Shown one piece after another: positions 59,420 to 64,000 of a stretch of 64,000 bases of DNA; the stretch's first letter is position 1; every line of letters starts with the position of its first letter. Both the position numbers and the translations under genes were made by a program. The DNA is taken from contig CAZSVL010000006.1 in the NCBI GenBank assembly GCA_964610305.1, positions 13,973-77,972 on the forward strand. The letters are read 5' to 3'. The notes below the pieces were generated by a model. It was not told the origin of the DNA. It saw only the letters and a program-made list of their open reading frames with translations, and searched no databases. This DNA is from an uncultured Gammaproteobacteria bacterium. Its GTDB lineage: Bacteria; Patescibacteriota; Patescibacteriia; Magasanikbacterales; JBBTXJ01.

Positions 59420-61614
59420 GCTTTAAACCATCACAATCAAAAACGGTTTTAGCAAAGGGAAAGAAAGGAGACCTCTCTGACAAAGTAAAGGCGCAATATG
59501 AGAAGGATATGGCCGCCAGAGAGGCGGGGGTGGAAAAGGGCGTGAGCGCTCTGGAAGAAGAGCGCGTCTACAGACAAGGCGTAGTTGCGGTAAGAGATGT
59601 CATTGCTCCGTCTGCCTTTAAAGTAGACCCATCTTACGTTCACGTGGGAGCGCTTTTGGCCAGAACCGTGTATGTGGTTACCTATCCACGCTATATTTCT
59701 GTTGGATGGTTTGCGCCTATTATAAACATGAGTGTCACCACAGATATCTCTATGTTTGTGTATCCGGTAAAAAATAGCGTTATTCTTAAGCAGCTCAAGA
59801 AAAAAGTGGGTACGCTTGAGTCTCAGATGGCGCAAGATCAAGAAAAAGGCGCCGCGCGGGATCCGCTGCAAGAGACCGCGCTGAGGGATGTAGAAGCGCT
59901 TCGTGATTCTCTTACGCAAGGAATAGAGCATTTTTTCCAGTACGCACTTTACATTACGCTGTACGCCAAGACACCAGAGGAGTTGGATAAAGTTACCGAG
60001 CAAGTAGAATCTGTGTTTGCTGGAAAGCTTATTTACACCAAACGTGTGCTCTATCAGGCAGAACAAGGCTTTAACAGCACGTTGCCACTAGCAAATGATG
60101 AGATAATGGTAGCGTTTAATATGAATTCAAGCCCTATTGCTAGCAGCTTTCCGTTTATTTCTTCTGATCTTACCTCTGACAACGGCATTTTGTATGGCGT
60201 GAACCGCCACAATAATTCTTTAATTATTTTTGATAGATTTTCTTTGCCTAATGCAAATGCTGTGGTCTTTGCTACCTCTGGTGCAGGAAAATCGTATGCT
60301 GTTAAGTTAGAAATTTTGCGTTCTCTCATGGTGGGAACAGAGGTAATCGTGATTGACCCAGAAATGGAGTACAAAGACTTAACAGAAGCTGTTGGTGGAA
60401 CGTATATTAATCTGTCTTTATCCTCTGAGAGTAAAATCAATCCTTTTGATTTGCCACGGCCTACTACGGGAGACGCATCTACGGACGATATCATCAGAAG
60501 CGCGGTTATTACCGTAAAGGGAATTTTGCGTGTGATGCTTGGAAAATTCACCACTCAAGAAGATTCTATGTTAGATAGAGCCCTTCTTGAGACCTACGCA
60601 AAAAAAGATATTACGCCAGAGACAAATTTGCTAGAGTTGGGCCCAACTGATATGCCAATTCTTACGGATTTGCAAGATATTTTAGAGGGAATGACCGGAT
60701 CAGAAGAGCTACAGACAAAAATTAAGAAATACACAGAAGGAACTTTCTCTGGGCTACTCAATTCATACACCAATGTGTCTATGGACAATAACATGGTGGT
60801 GTTCTCGGTGAGAGATTTGGAGGATGAGTTGCGTCCGGTGGGAATTTTTACCATTGTGAATTACATTTGGAACGTGGTGAGATCTGAGCGTAAAAAGCGT
60901 ATATTGGTAGTTGATGAGGCGTGGTGGCTCATGCAGCATGAGGATAGTGCCAGATTTATCTTTACTCTTGTTAAAAGATGTAGAAAGTACTGGCTTGGTG
61001 TTACCACAATCACACAGGACGTTGCAGACTTTTTGGGTAGCCAGTATGGAAGAGCTATCGTGACAAACGGCTCAATGCAGCTGCTACTCAAACAGTCCCC
61101 TGCCGCCATAGATAAAATAGTGGAGGTGTTCATGATGACGCAAGGAGAGAAGTTTTTGCTTCTAGAATCTGCCGTGGGAGAGGGAATATTTTTTGCCGGC
61201 CAGAATCATGCGGCAATAAAAATCATCGCTTCCTACAATGAAGACCGGCTTGTTACCACCAATCCAGAAGAGCTTTTGGGAATTGATGAGAGTAAAAAGC
61301 AGTTTAAGGAAGCTATGGATGCTCATAAGGCTGCGGGCAAAAAAGCCGCTGGCGCAGGAAAAGAGGGAGAGCCCTCAGAGATGGCAATTGAAACAGAGAA
61401 AGAAGCCGCTGACGCAGATGCAAAAACGGCTGCTGATAATGAAATAAAAGCAGTAAAAGAGGCGCCAAAAGCTGAACCAAAAAAACAGGCTCCTAAAAAG
61501 GCGGCGCCAGCGAAAGAAGCAAAGAAGACTGCTCCTGCTGCAGCCAAACCGGCAAAACCGGCTGCAAAAAAACCTGCTGCTACTCCTAAGCCACCGCAAC
61601 CACCTAAGGCATGA
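59416..61614 (+). CDS. VirB4-like type IV secretion/conjugation ATPase (ATPase domain) with Lys/Ala/Pro-rich C-terminal tail
   Basis: Walker A FATSGAGKSY and Walker B ILVVDEAWW motifs. Typical VirB4 C-terminal region. Confidence 0.7.
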   Translation: MSFKPSQSKTVLAKGKKGDLSDKVKAQYEKDMAAREAGVEKGVSALEEERVYRQGVVAVRDVIAPSAFKVDPSYVHVGALLARTVYVVTYPRYISVGWFAPIINMSVTTDISMFVYPVKNSVILKQLKKKVGTLESQMAQDQEKGAARDPLQETALRDVEALRDSLTQGIEHFFQYALYITLYAKTPEELDKVTEQVESVFAGKLIYTKRVLYQAEQGFNSTLPLANDEIMVAFNMNSSPIASSFPFISSDLTSDNGILYGVNRHNNSLIIFDRFSLPNANAVVFATSGAGKSYAVKLEILRSLMVGTEVIVIDPEMEYKDLTEAVGGTYINLSLSSESKINPFDLPRPTTGDASTDDIIRSAVITVKGILRVMLGKFTTQEDSMLDRALLETYAKKDITPETNLLELGPTDMPILTDLQDILEGMTGSEELQTKIKKYTEGTFSGLLNSYTNVSMDNNMVVFSVRDLEDELRPVGIFTIVNYIWNVVRSERKKRILVVDEAWWLMQHEDSARFIFTLVKRCRKYWLGVTTITQDVADFLGSQYGRAIVTNGSMQLLLKQSPAAIDKIVEVFMMTQGEKFLLLESAVGEGIFFAGQNHAAIKIIASYNEDRLVTTNPEELLGIDESKKQFKEAMDAHKAAGKKAAGAGKEGEPSEMAIETEKEAADADAKTAADNEIKAVKEAPKAEPKKQAPKKAAPAKEAKKTAPAAAKPAKPAAKKPAATPKPPQPPKA

Positions 61615-62162
61615 TAGAAAACAGAAGAACTCTATTTTTGGCTTTAATAGGATTTGGAGTTCTTGTTTTAATTGGCATTTTTATTTTTTTGAGGGGAGCG
61701 TTGGGTGGTGACGAGCAAGAAGTAGTTGAGCAAAGCACGCCGTTTACTCAGCCAGCTACCGTTTCAGACAATACAGAGCCTGTTGTACAGCTAGATCCGG
61801 CAGAGCATGCAGCGCAGTCGCTTGCTAGAATTTTTGTAGAGCGTATTGGCAGCTATTCTAGCCAGAGCAATTATCAGAATATTGATGATTTGATGGATTT
61901 GATGACGGCTCGCGTGCAGGATTGGGCGCAGGGGTTAAAAACTGAGCAAAACACCGATGAATATACGGGCGTTACCACAAGAGGACTCTCACTGAAAACC
62001 ATTTCTTTTAATGAAAAAAGAAATGCCGTTATAGAAGTGTCTGCGCAAAGACAATATAGCGCAGATGATAAAGAAGACAGCATAGAATACCAAAAAGCTC
62101 AGGTTCACTTGGTTTACACGGCAGGAGAGTGGCTGGTAGACGGGATTTTTTGGCAAGATTAA
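61611..62162 (+). CDS. Membrane-anchored hypothetical protein (last gene of the block)
   Basis: N-terminal TM segment. ATGA overlap with the upstream gene. Confidence 0.45.
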   Translation: MIENRRTLFLALIGFGVLVLIGIFIFLRGALGGDEQEVVEQSTPFTQPATVSDNTEPVVQLDPAEHAAQSLARIFVERIGSYSSQSNYQNIDDLMDLMTARVQDWAQGLKTEQNTDEYTGVTTRGLSLKTISFNEKRNAVIEVSAQRQYSADDKEDSIEYQKAQVHLVYTAGEWLVDGIFWQD

Positions 62163-62167
62163 GAGCT

Positions 62168-62192
62168 AGACTTGACAGGTCTTTTTTTATTT
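62168..62192 (+). terminator. Operon terminator (agac ttgaca ggtct plus T7) that also contains a TTGACA -35
   Basis: Hairpin plus T-run. Confidence 0.6.
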
Positions 62193-62381
62193 GATATACA
62201 ATAAGAGGCCAAGAGGACTAGGTTTTTATGAAAAGGAGCGTGGTCCTAAGTGGCAAGATGAGAGGCAAAGAAGAAGATGGTACTAATGGTGCTCGGTTTG
62301 CCTCTTTGCTGTGGCACGATCTTGCTGATAGTTAAGAACGACTTCATGCCACAATTCCGAGCAGTTCTCTGCTTGGTTTTT

Positions 62382-63050
62382 TTATATCTCTCTGGCAAAA
62401 CAGAATCCGTAGATTTTTTGATAGCCCTCTTTTTGCAGTGTCTGGGCACAAGCGGCAAGCGTGGCGCCGGTGGTAGCAACATCATCAATAAGAATTACAG
62501 GTGTTTGTTTGGAAACGGTAGATGTGTCAGCTAAAGAGAAAGCGTTTTTTACTGCAGAAAGCCGCTCTAGGCGGTTTTTTTGAGCTTGAGGAGTGGTTCT
62601 TTGGCGTCTACGCAACAAAGGTACTACAGGAGTATCAAGATGTGCAGCCAGAGTGCTTGCAATAAGCTCTGCTTGATTAAAACCACGCCTAACAAATCTG
62701 CTTTTATGAAGGGGCACGGGTACTAAAATAGCGCCTCTCTCAAACAGACCTGCACCTCCCTCATCCAGCCATTTGCCAACAACTGGCTCAATCCAGCGCA
62801 TGGTGGTGCTGGCATATTTGTATTTAAGCATTTTAATAATTTCAGCCACCACCTTTTGATCATACGTATAAACGCTGGCTAAACCCTCTAGCGGCGAGAG
62901 CGCATTATTCCAAATAGGAATGGAAAACGTCAGTTTATCCTCGCAACTCTGGCATACCCACAAGCCTTCAAATTCGCATCCAACACAAAAAATGGGAAAA
63001 ATTCTATCTGCTATAAAATCAATAATGTCACGCCCCCAAGTATGCTTCAT
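62382..63050 (-). CDS. comFC: ComF family protein ComFC (phosphoribosyltransferase domain with N-terminal Cys4)
   Basis: CVGCEFEGLWVCQSC zinc finger and ILIDDVATTGATL PRTase motif. Confidence 0.7.
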   Translation of the reverse strand: MKHTWGRDIIDFIADRIFPIFCVGCEFEGLWVCQSCEDKLTFSIPIWNNALSPLEGLASVYTYDQKVVAEIIKMLKYKYASTTMRWIEPVVGKWLDEGGAGLFERGAILVPVPLHKSRFVRRGFNQAELIASTLAAHLDTPVVPLLRRRQRTTPQAQKNRLERLSAVKNAFSLADTSTVSKQTPVILIDDVATTGATLAACAQTLQKEGYQKIYGFCFAREI

Positions 63051-63732
63051 GCATAGTCTCCTTGGCTGATAACTCTTGTGAGCTACCCTCCTTAATTATA
63101 CAGCCATTGGCCAGTAGATAGCCTCTTTGAGCAAATGACAGAACAAGACGCACATTTTGTTCCACAATAAGCAGCGCTGTACCTGACCGGTTAATAGTTC
63201 TGAGCGCATCAAAAATATCTTTTTGAGCAGAAGGCGAGAGCCCCAGGGATGGCTCATCTAACATGAGCAGTTTTGGCTTAAGCATAAGAGCTCGAGCAAG
63301 AGCTACTGTTTGCTGCTGCCCACCAGAGAGGTCTCCTGCCGGCACTTTTTTCTTTTCTAGTAGAATAGGGAATTGTCTCAAGAGGGCTTTCACTCTTTGC
63401 TCCGTCTCTTCTTTGTCTTGGATTAAATATCCGCCCATGCGTATGTTTTCTTCTACTGTGAGGCTTGAAAAAACCAAACGACCTTGGGGAACATAAGAAA
63501 TTCCTTTTTTAATCAGCTCGTGTGTGGGCGATTTAGTAATGTCTTGTTGTGAAAATCCAATACTCCCCTCATAGACATCACATAAGTTAAAAATAGCTTT
63601 TAAGATGGTAGACTTTCCCGCACCGTTGGGTCCGATAAGTGCAATAATTTCACCTTCACTAATCTCCAAAGATACATCACTAAGAATTTTGAGCCTTCCG
63701 TATCCGGCATTGAGGTTTTTTATGGATAACAT
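63028..63732 (-). CDS. ABC transporter ATP-binding protein (LivF-like)
   Basis: Walker A GPNGAGKST, LSGGQQQ signature, Walker B LLMLDEPS. Confidence 0.8.
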   Translation of the reverse strand: MLSIKNLNAGYGRLKILSDVSLEISEGEIIALIGPNGAGKSTILKAIFNLCDVYEGSIGFSQQDITKSPTHELIKKGISYVPQGRLVFSSLTVEENIRMGGYLIQDKEETEQRVKALLRQFPILLEKKKVPAGDLSGGQQQTVALARALMLKPKLLMLDEPSLGLSPSAQKDIFDALRTINRSGTALLIVEQNVRLVLSFAQRGYLLANGCIIKEGSSQELSAKETMHEAYLGA

Positions 63733-63733
63733 A

Positions 63734-64000
63734 TTATACGGCTAGTTCTTTTCCTAAGTATGCCTCCAATACTTGATCATTTTGTTGTATGTTAGATGGC
63801 GCACCTTCCGCAATTACTCTTCCTTGCGCCATGACAATAACGGTATCAGCAACACTCATAACAAAATCCATGTCATGCTCAATGAGTAAAAGCGTTTCCC
63901 CTTCACTTTTTAATGAATGAATAATTTCTTTAAGTTTTTCACGCAACACAGGATTAACACCAGCAACGGGCTCATCTAGCATAAGCAGTTTGTGCGGTAG
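63734..64000 (-). CDS. ABC transporter ATP-binding protein (LivG-like), C-terminal part; gene continues beyond the window end
   Basis: MLDEPVAGVNP Walker B/D-loop region and H-loop IEHDM. Confidence 0.7.
   Translation of the reverse strand, partial: LPHKLLMLDEPVAGVNPVLREKLKEIIHSLKSEGETLLLIEHDMDFVMSVADTVIVMAQGRVIAEGAPSNIQQNDQVLEAYLGKELAV

Overview
The window looks like a small-genome, Gram-positive-like or Patescibacteria/CPR-like bacterium; the lineage is my inference from gene content. GC is moderate to low. Sigma70 promoters are strikingly canonical (TTGACA-N17-TATAAT), and several genes are leaderless (gap, prfB, rpmE, epimerase). Housekeeping genes are dense: kamA-like fragment, nusA, yidC, prfA, rpmE, rpsB-tsf, gap, groES-groEL, prfB, tsaC, rsmA. 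Envelope genes include an O-antigen-ligase-like protein, a GT39/ArnT-like glycosyltransferase and two divergent NAD-dependent sugar epimerases. A type IV pilin and ComFC point to DNA uptake. There are two giant secreted proteins: a 1997-aa cysteine-rich repeat protein (6393..12386) and a 2730-aa protein (40302..48494). The 2730-aa gene is the second gene of a long + strand gene block ending in a type IV secretion-like module (VirB6/TrbL-like, small TM protein, split VirB4 ATPase), interrupted by a minus-strand island of cysteine-rich acidic lipoproteins with MopE-like metal-binding motifs and an M16 peptidase. This block is the best candidate for an undescribed system. A tandem pair of paralogous genes carries a duplicated, highly conserved ~135-nt leader with repeated GGGACGCC motifs. 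Two families of miniature inverted-repeat (GTCAT...ATGAC-terminated) elements are scattered in intergenic regions; one sits in the groES-groEL spacer and one inside the yidC terminator loop. At least five promoter/terminator-bounded noncoding transcripts are proposed, including a tRNA-like 80-nt element. No rRNA, CRISPR array, canonical tRNA or transposase was seen.
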